Assembly (NCBI GenBank): GCA_964106915.2
Contig: OZ066923.1
Reading direction: 5' to 3' (one strand)
Length of the DNA stretch: 64,000 bases
From: Podarcis gaigeae
Lineage: Eukaryota
Shown: piece after piece, positions 1 through 11,184 of the stretch
Layout of the letters: every line of letters begins with the position of its first letter
How positions within the stretch are numbered: position 1 is the first letter of the stretch
Position numbers and translations under genes: made by a program
The notes under the pieces: generated by a model
What the model was told of the DNA's origin: nothing
Databases searched by the model: none
What the model saw: only the letters and a program-made list of their open reading frames with translations

Positions 1-83
1 CCGTCACGGGGATTCGAACCGCCGACCTTCTGATCGGCAAGTCCTAGGCTCTGCGGTTTAACCCACAGCGCCACCGGTGTCCC
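1..83 (-). mobile_element. Sauria SINE (Squam1-type), 5' head truncated by the window edge
   Basis: Reverse complement of the 1305 copy head; A box and GGTTCGAATCC B box. Confidence 0.9.
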
Positions 84-1304
84 TATCTCAACAAACCTTG
101 CCATAAAAAAAAACCTGGGCAGATACATGTCCTCTAAAAAAACCCCCAGCGAAAATGTTCAAAAATGGGTCAAAGGAGGGCAGGAAGAAATCCCTGTTCC
201 CGCTTTCCCAGCCCTCCTTCCAAAACGGTTATTTCTGAGCAGTGACAAAACACAACCTCTTTTGTCAGCTGCTTGCGTTCCTGGCTGACAGTCCTCTGGG
301 GTTCCATTGTGCCGCCTCCTCAGGCTGTTGTTGGAGCAGCTCCTGGGAGCCAATCTCCATTCCTATGCAAGGTGCCATCCTGTCAATCACCAGCTTTCAT
401 TTCTCAAACTCCTGGACAATAGCAAACAGCGGGAGGACAAAAAGCTGTTGGGGAGGGAGGAGGAGAAGGGGGCGGAAGCCGAGTGCTGGAAGGAAGCAGC
501 TGCAATTGCTGTTGAAAGCCAGCCTCCGTCCTTACGGCCCTTTCAGCTTCGATTTCTTTAACGGATCAACTCCTCTCCCCCTCACTTCCAAAACTCCAGA
601 CGCCCCATCACTTCCCCACCTTTGGTTCTGGTGTTGCTAATCTCCCTAGTGTCCCAAGCTGGAAACAGGTCTCTCCTGTGCAACGGGTCACCGGCAGACC
701 GTAACTTGCAAATAAAACTTTCTGGAAAGCAGTTTCCAAGGACTGACAAGGCAAGCCAAAGAATAATACGTATAAAAAGTCATGGGGTAGCAAATTTAGG
801 GCAACGGAGGCTCTAAATCCAGCTCAGTTTCCTCCTAGCCTAAGGAGTGTGCACGCAGGGAATTAAACAAGCCTGGTTAGGTCCAGGAGGGGGGAATGAG
901 GGACCTTCAACTTGTGCAAATGAAAGGCTGGGTTTTTGAATCTTTCACAGAAGGCAGCTCTGCAGTGCCTGCCAGAGGTGGCAAAGTTTAATATGGCACA
1001 GTACGGCAGCCTTCTCTTGCCCACTCGTCTCTGGCTCACATGGGGGATTCCTTCCCAACCTAATGTATCTTATCCCCCACCCCCAGTGCAATCCAATACA
1101 TGGCTACAGGAAGGTAAGAAGTCAAGGGGGGCTTACTCCCAGGTAAGTGGATAGAAGAGTGCAGGCCCCTTCTTTTCCTTTTTCGTACATCAAAGAGCAT
1201 CCCCCCCCCCCGCTTCTGTAAAGACACGCCTTTTTGCTCAGGATTTGCTTGCCCCCTAAGATCAGAACTTTTTTTTTATTTAAGTCCCCATTAAGATGCT
1301 TTAT

Positions 1305-1658
1305 GGGACGTGGATGGCGCTGTGGGTTAAACCACAAAGCCTAGGACCTGCTGAACAGAAGGTCGGCGGTTCGAATCCCCACGATGGGGTGAGCTCCCGT
1401 TGCTCGGTCCCTGCTCCTGCCAACCTAGCAATTCGAAAAGCACGTCAAAGCGCAAGTAGATAAATAGGTACCGCTCTGGTGGGAAAGTAAACGGCGTTTC
1501 CGTGCGCTGCTCTGGTTCGCCAGAAGCGGCTTAGTCATGCTGGCCACATGACCTGGAAGCTGTACACCGGCTCCCTCGGCCAATAAAGCGAGATGAGTGC
1601 CGCAATCCTAGAGTTGTCCGCAACTGGCCCTAACGGTCAGGGGTCCCTTTACCTTTAC
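1305..1658 (+). mobile_element. Sauria SINE, full length
   Basis: tRNA-like A/B boxes, (ACCTTT) tail, target-site duplication taagatg(c/t)tttat at 1292-1304 and 1659-1671. Confidence 0.93.
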
Positions 1659-2119
1659 TAAGATGTTTTATGGTATGCCTTTATACATCTGTTTTACTGG
1701 TTTTATGCATTTTAAAAATAACACCATTTATAGTTCTCATGTTGTACACAGGGCTTTCCCACCCTCCAGTTGGAGCTCAGGTCTGGCACCTCTCAGGTGG
1801 GCTCCATTGCCATTCGAAGAGAACAAGGGAGAAGTTCATGGTGAGCTCCAGCACCTCTTTTTCTATAAAAATGGCACTGGTTGTACAACAGTTTAAAAAA
1901 ATTAAAATTTTAAGTGGCTTATAACACTTATAAATAAGAAACACTGTGTGTTTGGTTTGTCTTCTTTTCCTAATACTTTTAAAACAAGGTGGTCTCAGCA
2001 TCTTGTGAAACAGGCTTTGCAGGAGAAATGCTTCCTACACCTACTGTTTATATAGTGCCACCAAGCAGTGCTAGCTTTTGATAGACAGAAAACACCCAGA
2101 TCTTGCTGGAGAACTGAGT

Positions 2120-2242
2120 AGGGAAGTTGTGGCCTTCCAGACATTGCTGAATTTCATCTCCCATCAGTCCCAGCCAGCAAGGCCAGTGGTCAGGGATGAT
2201 GGGAGCTGTAGTCTATCATCACCATCCAGAGGGCCACAGGTT
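2120..2242. mobile_element. Short hairpin MITE (probably hAT-derived)
   Basis: Imperfect palindrome tgtggccttccag...tccagagggccaca; related copies at 35177 and 44688. Confidence 0.65.
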
Positions 2243-2304
2243 CTGTCATGAATTGGTTGGACCACGTGGAATGGTGGGAGGAACCTGCTGGGGAGCCTTA
2301 GAGA

Positions 2305-3245
2305 GATGATTACAGACTGGTTTCAGTATTATCAAGTGTTTGAGAAATTTAAATTAGATGAAAAAAAGGGCTTTTCCAGCGAAATCTCCAGATTGGAATC
2401 CGAGGTATTAAATTCAAAATGCAAAACTCTCTCCAAGGCATAGACTCCTCCTTGACTGGGAAGTCAAGAGGAGGAGGTCACAGCATCAATGATAAAGTGG
2501 TCACAAGATTTTGGATACGTCATAACAAGAACAATTGGAAATTTACTACCTGTTATGCCCTCAGGGAGAATTTCCTTAAAATGCAACACCGATGGTACCT
2601 AACTCCTCAGAAACTAGACCAAAAAAAGATGTTAAGAATAACTTCAAACCAGAGGCATACTTATTGGGTATTATTGATACAGACTTTTCTAATAAATTTA
2701 AGGATATTTTTCTCTATTCAATGGTGGCACTGAGGGTTCTTATAGCCACAATGTGGAAAAGTGGAAAAGTTCCCTCAAGACAAGAGAGGGTTCAAAAAAT
2801 GACTATGCTGAATTAGCCTATCCAAAAAAATTAAAAGAACAAACCAAGGAAAGAATTTATTTCAAAATGGGAAGCATTTAAAATATACTTGAAAATTAAT
2901 AAGACTGACTTAAAATCCGTAGCGGCATTTGAATAACACCAGCAATATCGTTCACTAGTTATATGATATAACATATAACTGAAGTGATTTGAGATAATAG
3001 CAATAACAAGTATTGACAGCAAAGAATGGTGTAATTCGATTTATGGATTAGATGGGAAGTCGGACTTAAAAGGAAGAGACCATTGCAGCTTATGGATTAT
3101 GAAATTTATATTAATTCTTTATGTAAGGTGTGACTGATTATATTCTTATTATGATGTAATTTGTCTTTTGTTGTTGAGCAAATTATTGTTGTTATGCGCT
3201 ATGTGTTGAGCAAATAAAATAAAGAATTATTAAAAAAAGAAAAAA
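2305..3245 (+). mobile_element. 5'-truncated, degenerate L1-clade LINE (ORF2 C-terminus, 3' UTR, A-rich tail)
   Basis: Frameshifted peptides CYALRENFLKMQHRWYLTPQKL, FKPEAYLLGII and RVLIATMWKSGKVPS resemble non-mammalian L1 ORF2 ends; AATAAA plus A-run at ~3212-3245. Confidence 0.75.
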
Positions 3246-4346
3246 GGAATGAGGTTTCTTTCTTTCTTTTTATTAAGGGGCCTTGCTTGTGTGAGGGATA
3301 TGAAAAGAGCACGTTCACCAGCCTTCTCAGAACAATGGCTCCAGATGGAAGATGTAATTGATTTTGAAGAGCATGAACATCTGTAGAGCATGTGTCCCAC
3401 TATCCCAATGGGTCGCTCATTTGGAAAAGAAAACCCCCTTCTCCTTGTGTGGATGGTGTGCAGAAACCAAGGAAACAGTCAGTCACTTCCTTACAGTAAA
3501 GACAATCCTGTACTTGCATGCACAGAGGGGCAAAGAGTAAGTGCTTTCTTACTCTCCAAAGCCTGGCTCAACAGTCGGTAGGTATGTTCAAGAACACTCA
3601 AAAGGAAAGGGATTTCAAGCGGGTGAAATAAGCGGAGGGGACAGCTTCTGTGCAGAAGCAACAAGCCAGCAATTTTTCACTGTAAATTGTTTTTGAGAGC
3701 ATCAGCATGGGAATTTTAAGAATGCTTACAGAAACAGAGACAGTCGCAAACCATGCTGAACCCAAGGCAGCAGTTTTGCAAGAAAAGGCCACAGTTCATT
3801 CCAGTAAAGTGGCTTTTCTCGGGATTAACTGATGACTGATATCAAGGTGAACTACCAAGGGATCAGCAGAACCTCATTTAAATTGGCTAAGTGAAATCAA
3901 TCACACCCTGCTCTTGGAATTCATTAACTACAAATGCAACCTGCAACAAAATGTTGCAGTGTGGAGTGCTCCGTTTGGGATGCCAGATACACCTCCGCCT
4001 CACTGAGTGCATCTATTTTGCTTCTACGCAGTCTTCCCTGCCACTCATTTTATTAGTTTGCATGATACCTCTCCATGCCCGGTGCCTTTATGGGCACAGA
4101 AGCAATGGCACTCAGAACCTGGAAATAGAGGGAACGGTCATCATTCTTCACTTCTTCATTTGGACGATTCAGTGATGCATTGTCTATTACTTACCATTTT
4201 TCCATTGGAGGAGTTGGCCAGAGGACTGCAGCCAAGAGTGGAAGTCATGAACTACAGAGCCTCCTATTCAACCCTTTCCAGCTATGATTGCATGATCTCG
4301 GACAAGCTGCGATTTCTCATCCACAGCCCTCCAAGCCTCTGAAATA

Positions 4347-5460
4347 CAGTGGTACCTCGGGTTAAGAACTTAATTCATTCTGGAGGTCTGTTCTTAACCT
4401 GAAGCTGTTCTTAACCTGAAGCACCACTTTAGCTAATGGGGCCTCCCACTGCTGCAGCGCCGCCACCGCACAATTTCTGTTCTCATCCTGAAGTTCTTAA
4501 CCAGAGGAACTATTTCTGGGTTAGCGGAGTCTGTAACTTATGTTTACCAGATTTTTTTCAATGAATCTGGATACACATTTTTTTTTTTGAAGCAGAGTAG
4601 CAACAGGGAGTCAGTAGTGGGGATGGTGAGCCAAAAGACCCTGGGCCCAAGCACATATGCATATTGTATAAAGGTGCAATACCTTTATGTTTCGCACTCT
4701 GTGAAACATATATGCGCAGTTTTTTAAAAAACTGAGCAACGCCCACCCTGCGACTCCCAAGCCCCCCCCAAACAGTCAAAACAAAGGGGGAAAGGGGCAG
4801 GAGATGGGGGGGCCTCGGGAGCCACAGTTGCCCAGTTTTTTAAAAAACTCTGCGCATTTTTGTTTCACAGGGTGCAAAAGAAGGGCTTTGCACCTTGCCC
4901 GGCAGAGAAACCACGTGCCTTGCACCCCTCCTGGGCAATGGCATGCCGCCCGCCCGTGACTCCCAAGCCTTCCCATATCTCCTGCCCCCTTCCCCCTTTG
5001 TTTTGACAGATCGGGGGAGGCTCAGGAGTCGCAGGCGGGCAGCCGTTGCCCAGGAGGTTATGCAATATAATAGTTATGCAACACCTGAGCTGTTCTCTAT
5101 CTCTCTACTTTTGTATCAAGATCTATCTCTGTTCATGGCCTTCTCTCTTCAAGCCTCACCACCCTCAGTGTTGCGCACAAGATACATCGTTTGGGGACTT
5201 CCGGCGAGGAAAAATGGCGGGTGCCATGGCAGCAAGCAGCTCCTGAAGCCAGCCAGAGCCAACTGCACTACCAGGCTGGCTCCGGGCTGCTGAGGCTGCC
5301 ACTGCCACGTTTCCCGGGGACAGATTTGTAAATCTGGGGACATTCCGGGGACGGAATTTGTCCAGGGACAGATTTGCAAATCCGGGGAGTGTCCCTGAGA
5401 ACCAGGAACATCTGGTAACCCTACTATAACCTGAAGCGTCTGTAACCCAAGGTACCACTG
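4347..5460. mobile_element. Tc1/mariner (Tigger-like) non-autonomous MITE interrupted by a nested element
   Basis: TIRs CAGTGGTACCT(C/T)GGGTTA at both ends, flanked by TA duplications. Confidence 0.88.
4539..5423. mobile_element. hAT-like non-autonomous element nested in the mariner MITE
   Basis: TIRs tatgtttaccagat / atctggtaacccta; 8-bp TSD ctgtaact / ctataacc (6/8 match); subterminal ggggaca-type repeats at 5313-5400. Confidence 0.75.
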
Positions 5461-5798
5461 TATGGGAAAAGGATTACAGGGTGGCTGTTAAAATTCACAT
5501 AATAAGTGAAGCACTTTGGATGACACAGTATTACTAGCCACCAGAGACTACATTATTTGTTTATAAGCACATACCTAAAATTATAATACAAAAATAGAAA
5601 TGGAGGGGCCCTGCCTGCAGACTTCTAATTTAATAGACATGATTTTTAAAAAGAAAGAATGGAGAGGGAACAGGAAGATAAGCAAATTCAGATACTAATT
5701 CTTGCTAGGTGGGAAGGTCCCAGAGGGAGCTGATACTGGAAGTTCCCGGTGGCAGTTTGTGGCAGCTGAGCCAATGGCAGAAGCCTTGCTGTTTCACT

Positions 5799-5812
5799 TC
5801 GCCCTCTAGTGC
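5799..5812 (-). promoter_or_regulatory. Candidate CTCF site downstream of PLEKHA5
   Basis: Minus strand GCACTAGAGGGCGA, 12/14 match to the core consensus. Confidence 0.35.
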
Positions 5813-6046
5813 TGCCGGGTAAAAATGCTCCAACGAAGACAGTTCTGGGAGAGAAGCCAACAGCTCTTTAATAGGAGGCTTAATAGAATCTCTTAATTAT
5901 TCCTGTTTTTGTATTTATTGCAACAGTATACTTATCAGGGGCACAATCTAGTGAAAATTCCATTGATTTCAATTCAGTGCATACTTACTGTAGATGTGCT
6001 TAAACCACAGGCTGAAATGGCCTTGAGTTTTAAAGGGTTTTTTTGT

Positions 6047-6050
<4 letters not shown>

Positions 6051-6083
<33 letters not shown>
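6051..6083. repeat. (TG)n microsatellite
   Basis: Directly visible. Confidence 0.98.
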
Positions 6084-6085
<2 letters not shown>

Positions 6086-6870
6086 CTCCAGCATCTGGAT
6101 AAAGTCCAACACCTGCAATTCCTGTTCTCTTTATCAAGCATTTATATTTGATGAATCAGCTTATTTATTGCCTTTCACTACAGCCTTGATATCTATTGCG
6201 TCAATTTGACATATGCTTTTGTTTCCAATGTCCCAAAAATATTCATGGAAAACTATACTTTCAAAGCTAGACTGATTTTACCCTTTTGACTGTGTTCTTG
6301 CTCTGCCCACAAACTGCTGAAAATGTTTTGGTTTTGCGATTTTTTTTAGAAAATTAGTTTGATTCAGTACTGGTCATTTGCTCTGTATTTAATGATTTGA
6401 TAATGCTTTAATTATCTTATTACACACCACCAATTTTTATTTAAAAAGTTCAGTTGGTGTCTTATAAATAAAACACATTTTTTAAAAATGCTTCTGGAAA
6501 GACATCCTCCTGTCCTTGATAAAGGTACAATGTCACACATTAAAGGAGACAATAAAATATCCACCGGAACTAACACTGAAGGCCAATCCAAAGCTGTTAC
6601 TTTTATTGTGCAATTAGCAAACTTTTTAAAATGTAGTCCTCAACTGGTGGAGGAAGTGGTCCTGATTTTCACTGGGACCCCAGCACACAGGGGGGAAGAA
6701 ACCCTTTGTGCCCCAAACAAGATTCAGGCGAAAACTGTCTCGGCACAACAAGTCATGTTAGGAAAGAAACTTCCATTGCTGCCACTTTCAACAAAAAGAT
6801 TGGCACTTATGGTGCTCTATTAGTGGAAACTAAAGGGAAGAGTGAAGCATATAAAACTCCCCATTACAAT

Positions 6871-7004
6871 GTTTGTTGTTGTTGTTTAGTCATTTAGTCG
6901 TGTTCGACTCTTCGTGACCCCATGGACCAGAGCATGCCAGGCACTCCTGTCTTCCACTGCCTCCCGCAGTTTGGTCAAACTCATGCTGGTAGCTTCGAGA
7001 ACAC
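6871..7004 (-). mobile_element. BovB (RTE LINE) 3' end fragment
   Basis: agtcgtgttcgactcttcgtgaccccatggaccagagcatgccaggc resembles the recalled BovB 3' end; (CAA)n tail on the minus strand. Confidence 0.8.
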
Positions 7005-7546
7005 TACAGAGGGCTAACTATTCTGAAATTATTAGTTCTGGGAATATCTGTGGCAGATACAGTACTGATTTATAAAACACTTCCACTGTTTAATATAATT
7101 AAAAAATATAAAAGTTTGATTTAGTCCACATGAGAATGTGAGAACAAAATAATTAATGTCATGTTTACTGTGGATGTATTAATTTGAGGGAGAGGGACCG
7201 TGATAATACAACCTGTAAACGAAGGCCTTATCAAGATTAACTGAGCCATTTAAGTGTCATGCACAAAATCTCTAAATCTATAGAGCTTAACCATACCATA
7301 AATGCTACTCTTCTGCTTTTAGACATGGAAACCATGTTATGGAGCCTTGTCACACTTCTTAATAATTCCAAAGTAATCCTGATTCTATTCTCAGTCTAAT
7401 GTGGACTGGAATTGCCCCATATCATGTGTTCTTCATTTGGACTTCATGAAACTGATCGCCCACATCTCTAAGAGGCAGAAGCTCTTTCTTCTAGTTAAAA
7501 GTTTCCTTGCAGATGAAGATAACATCCACACAATTACTTAAGAACA

Positions 7547-7594
7547 TTTATTTATAACATGATATAAAAGAAATGAGATATGAACATTTTTATT
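7547..7594 (-). terminator. Tandem AATAAA polyadenylation signals (7589-7594 and 7547-7552)
   Basis: Minus-strand AATAAA hexamers followed by GU-rich sequence, downstream of the last coding exons. Confidence 0.55.
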
Positions 7595-7787
7595 TGAACA
7601 ATAGTTAAGTGGCTTCTTATACTTACATTGGTTGTGCTCATTGTATAATATATACACAATGAACATAATTACATTTGTACACAAACTTAACTGGGAACTG
7701 AATACCTGCTTATTGCTGTACATACCCTATTCCAAAAGAGGAAGAGCCCAGTACCTCAAGATTCCTAACCCTTCATTTTTGTTTAAA

Positions 7788-7790
<3 letters not shown>

Positions 7791-7843
<53 letters not shown>
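7791..7843. repeat. (AG)n microsatellite within the probable 3' UTR
   Basis: Directly visible. Confidence 0.98.
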
Positions 7844-7846
<3 letters not shown>

Positions 7847-8811
7847 AAACACTAACATTCATGTCTATGTTGAGGACAGTATGGGAGAAACTGACATTGC
7901 AACTTGACCGAGAAATAATTACAGATCAGAAATAGAACACATCTTAACTCGGCAATAATAATAATAAAAAATGGCACATTTTAAATAGGGCATAAAACAT
8001 TTACAAATCAAAAAGTGAAAGCCAATACATGATTCATTTTTATAAGCATAACTGAGGTTTAAGTGGTGATCTGTAAAAGCAACCCATGAAAAAGGCTAAA
8101 AAGGAAGCAAACTTAATTAAATTCAATTCTTTTTTAAAATAAAAAAACCTTACACCAGGGAAAAACCACTTGTGAAGGTTCCGATTGTAGGCCGCACATT
8201 TTGCAAAAGAAGCCTTAATGATGTGGATGGAAGTCATAGTAGCAGCAGGCTGGTGTCAGAAGAACAATCTCCAAACTGTTGAGGGTACCGTGGGAGGCAT
8301 TTAAAGCTCTCTTGGAATAAACATTTTCCATGAAGTGATAAAAAATGATGCTCTGTGGCCAAAAGCATCAGAACTATGAATTTCATAGATTTAATAAAAT
8401 TGACTGTACAGTATCTTCTTTCCATAGGTCTGCTTTGTTAGCCGTGAATCGTTTCAGCAGAAGCTGGAAGAGCTGGAAAAAAAAGCTGAGTGAGGTTTAT
8501 TGCAAACAAGCCACTGAAAGAGAAGTATGTGGGGTTTTCTGTTTGAACCTGGACAGAGATAATGGGGACCACCTTCTGTAAAATGTGATTATCCATAATC
8601 TGAAGTAATCCTAATGGAAGAGCAACCCTGTAGCTGGATCAGATCAAAGCCCCATCTAGCTCAGCCATCTTCTTTCCTGATGGTCTGCCATTGACAGAAT
8701 TATCCTCCATGAATCCCTAATTTTCTTTAAAAGTTAGGCTCTGTCCCGAATCAACTGCCTATCAGTTTTCACTGGGTTTTAGCACCCGCAAAATATTATC
8801 TGGGGTGTGTG

Positions 8812-8909
8812 TCACTCAACACACAGACACTGATTTTGACAGCACATGGGGGGGGGGCTTGAGGGCACAGGAGAGAAAGAGTTTGATGCTAACCACACAG
8901 ACATGATTC
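8812..8909 (-). CDS. PLEKHA5: Probable PLEKHA5 stop-containing exon (GIMSVWLASNSFSPVPSSPPPMCCQNQCLCVE*)
   Basis: Phase-1 cag acceptor with a weak pyrimidine tract; aligns without gaps to the recalled human last peptide at SPVPS, P and CV; alternative acceptors exist nearby. Confidence 0.5.
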
Positions 8910-9011
8910 CTGGACATTATTTTCTAAGAGGTGGTAGGAAGCCTTGTGTTTGGGTCAGAAAGGTGCCATTTCTTGTATTCTGAGAACAAAGGCATAAAAC
9001 TCAAGAGCACT

Positions 9012-9190
9012 CCACTCTGTGGCAGAGGACATGCTTTTCAGAGATCCCAAGTTCTATCCCCATCATCTCCACTTCGAGAGACGAGGTGGCAGATGATGGG
9101 AGAGACCCTGGAGAGAAAGCCACTGCCAGACAGAACAGACTGTACTGAGCCTGACACACAAATACTTTGCATTGGCAAAAGGCAGCTTCC
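9012..9190 (+). mobile_element. Degenerate tRNA-derived SINE (Squam2-like)
   Basis: Similar to the 62020-62365 copies (ccctggagag...ctgccag...aaggcagcttcc). Confidence 0.55.
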
Positions 9191-9465
9191 AGCGTTATCC
9201 CCAAGGTTAGTATTTGGACATTCCAAATTATTTACCAAGACCAACCCTTAACTGGTGTTTTAGATGCCTGCTGTAACACTGCAGCAGCTCTTAGAAACCT
9301 CTGCCAGTGCATGCTTATGATATCTCTGGCCTGGCCACAGAAACATCTAAGATGTTTGCTTTATTTCAAAGTTTTCTTTTGATTTTTTTTTTTAAAAAAT
9401 AGAAGCAAAACTATAGTGCATGTTGTTATAATACATTTTGGCAATCTACATATCCTAAATCAAAC

Positions 9466-9611
9466 CTGCTGCTGTTGAGTTTCCTCTTGAAGTCTGTGCT
9501 GGCATCTCAAACGAAGAAATAGTATCCTCCTGCTCATGAATGCTGGTTTCTTCACTCTCTTCTGTGCTGCTTTCAGGTTTGTGGTTTGCAACTGGGGCCT
9601 CGTTCTTCAGG
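9466..9611 (-). CDS. PLEKHA5: PLEKHA5 exon (SLKNEAPVANHKPESSTEESEETSIHEQEDTISSFEMPAQTSRGNSTAA)
   Basis: 146 nt, poly-C tract + cag / gtttga, phase 2 to 1; ANHKPE and SRGN match the recalled human peptide. Confidence 0.88.
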
Positions 9612-10406
9612 CTGGGGGGGGGGGAGAATGATCTAAGTTTAGAGTTTCCTCTAACTTCTAATTGGGTTAACTGATATTGTACACCACTTCAATAAAAGCC
9701 TAAAATACAAAAATACTAGTTGTGGTGTATATAGGATTATGAGATCACGTAACCCAATCTCGGAATCTATGCTTTTCTAGAAGAGTAGGGGGGAAACATC
9801 AGTACTGCATTCTACTTCACGCACACATAGCATTTTTTAAATAAGACCTAAGAAATCAGATTACGTATTTTTTCATTTTATTTATCCTGAGTGCCTGATG
9901 GGTGTCCTTCAGAAGAGCATTTCACAATTTGGGTATGATCACTACGAGGGCTATGTCTTCCCGAACACAGCAAACTTATTTTTGCAGTGAAGACACCTAG
10001 AGGAGCTTCTGTAGATGATCTTAAAGCACAGATTCACGGGACTAGGCAACCCCTAAACCAAATCAACTTGCTAGTCACACCTTCTGAATGGTGAGTGACT
10101 ATACTGTTTCTGGTTTTGGGTCATTAAAGACTTGGACAGGGATCCAAAAGACTGAAGGCTCACTAAGGTTCTCAAGCTTTCCTTTCCTGACTCAGCCCTT
10201 TGCATCCCCTCCTCCTACCCCAAAATAATTTCTGAAGGTCAGGGCTCTCGTGGAAAGGATTGCAATGTGCCAAGAGCGGCTGCCTCCTAGGTATACACCA
10301 AAGTGCTTTGCAAGTAGGCACGGGCTTCTTTCGATCCCAGCCTTGTAGTTTTCCAACTGGAAGTAGAATGAATTTGGAATGAATTTTGACACCTTTATAA
10401 TGCTAA

Positions 10407-10756
10407 AAGGTGAAGCTAAAGGGACCCCTGACCATTAGGTGCAGTCGTGGCCAACTCTGGGGTTGCGGCGCTCATCTCACTTTATTGGCAGAGGAAGCCG
10501 GCGTACAGCTTCCGGGTCATGTGGCCAGCATGACTAAGCCGCTTCTGGCGAACCAGAGCAGCGCACGGAAACGCCGTTTACCTTCTCACCACAGCTATTT
10601 ATCTACTTGCACATTGAGGTGCTTTCGAACTGCTAAATTGGCAGGAGCAGGGACCGAGCAACAGGAGCTCACCCCGTCGCGGGGATTCAAACTGCTGACC
10701 TTCTGATCAGCAAGTCCTAGGCTCTGTGTTTTAACCCACAGCGCCAACCGCGTCCC
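10407..10756 (-). mobile_element. Sauria SINE, full length, intronic
   Basis: Reverse complement of the 1305 copy; TSD ctttat(a/c)atgctaa at 10393-10406 and 10758-10771. Confidence 0.93.
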
Positions 10757-11068
10757 ACTTTATCATGCTAACGTTTTCAAAATGGGGAAATCTATTTCAG
10801 AGCCTTTGGAAGACAGGAACTTCAACCAATTAGCACTCAGTACTTTATTTTCAGGTCCCAGAAAAAACTACCCGAAGTGGTAAAGCAAGTGCTGATGTGG
10901 AGGGGGTAACTGTTAGTTTGTCAATCCCCTCCTATGAAGTGAAAAGAAATAGAATGCGGGGGTAAAGTCACCCCCTAAATTTGCAGATATGGAATCACTG
11001 CAATGACTTCTGGTTTTACTGCAAAGCCCCACACAGCTGCTGTTACTAGTAAGTTAGATTTGCTTTAC

Positions 11069-11184
11069 CTGAAGTCAGCATCTTGTGCCTCTTCTACTTT
11101 TTTTAGCTTTTCAGAAGCCTCATAGGGAGTCCCCTCCTTTGGCTCTAAGACATCTGGTGACAGCTGACCTTCATTTTTTGGTAA
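11069..11184 (-). CDS. PLEKHA5: PLEKHA5 exon (LPKNEGQLSPDVLEPKEGTPYEASEKLKKVEEAQDADF)
   Basis: 116 nt, tttttaccctcag/gtaaag, phase 0 to 2; divergent but bridges the phases of its neighbours. Confidence 0.82.

Larger units (their letters stand above)
7530..8352 (-). other. PLEKHA5: Probable terminal 3' UTR exon of PLEKHA5
   Basis: Acceptor ttctgatgcttttggccacag at 8353; AU-rich; Pumilio element UGUAUAUA (7649-7656); two AATAAA near the end. Confidence 0.55.

Noticed and set aside
242-640. 132-aa ORF as a separate gene
   Set aside because: Non-ATG start, no recognisable homology and no splice structure.
1305-1385. tRNA gene (A and B boxes)
   Set aside because: It is the tRNA-derived head of a SINE with tail and TSD, repeated four times in the window.
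7632-7907. ORF with a poly-RE tract (also poly-CV at 5909 and poly-I at 44866)
   Set aside because: Translations of microsatellites.
10410-10706. 98-aa ORF, similar to ORF 51942..52235, suggesting a paralogous small-protein family
   Set aside because: Both are antisense translations of Sauria SINE copies.
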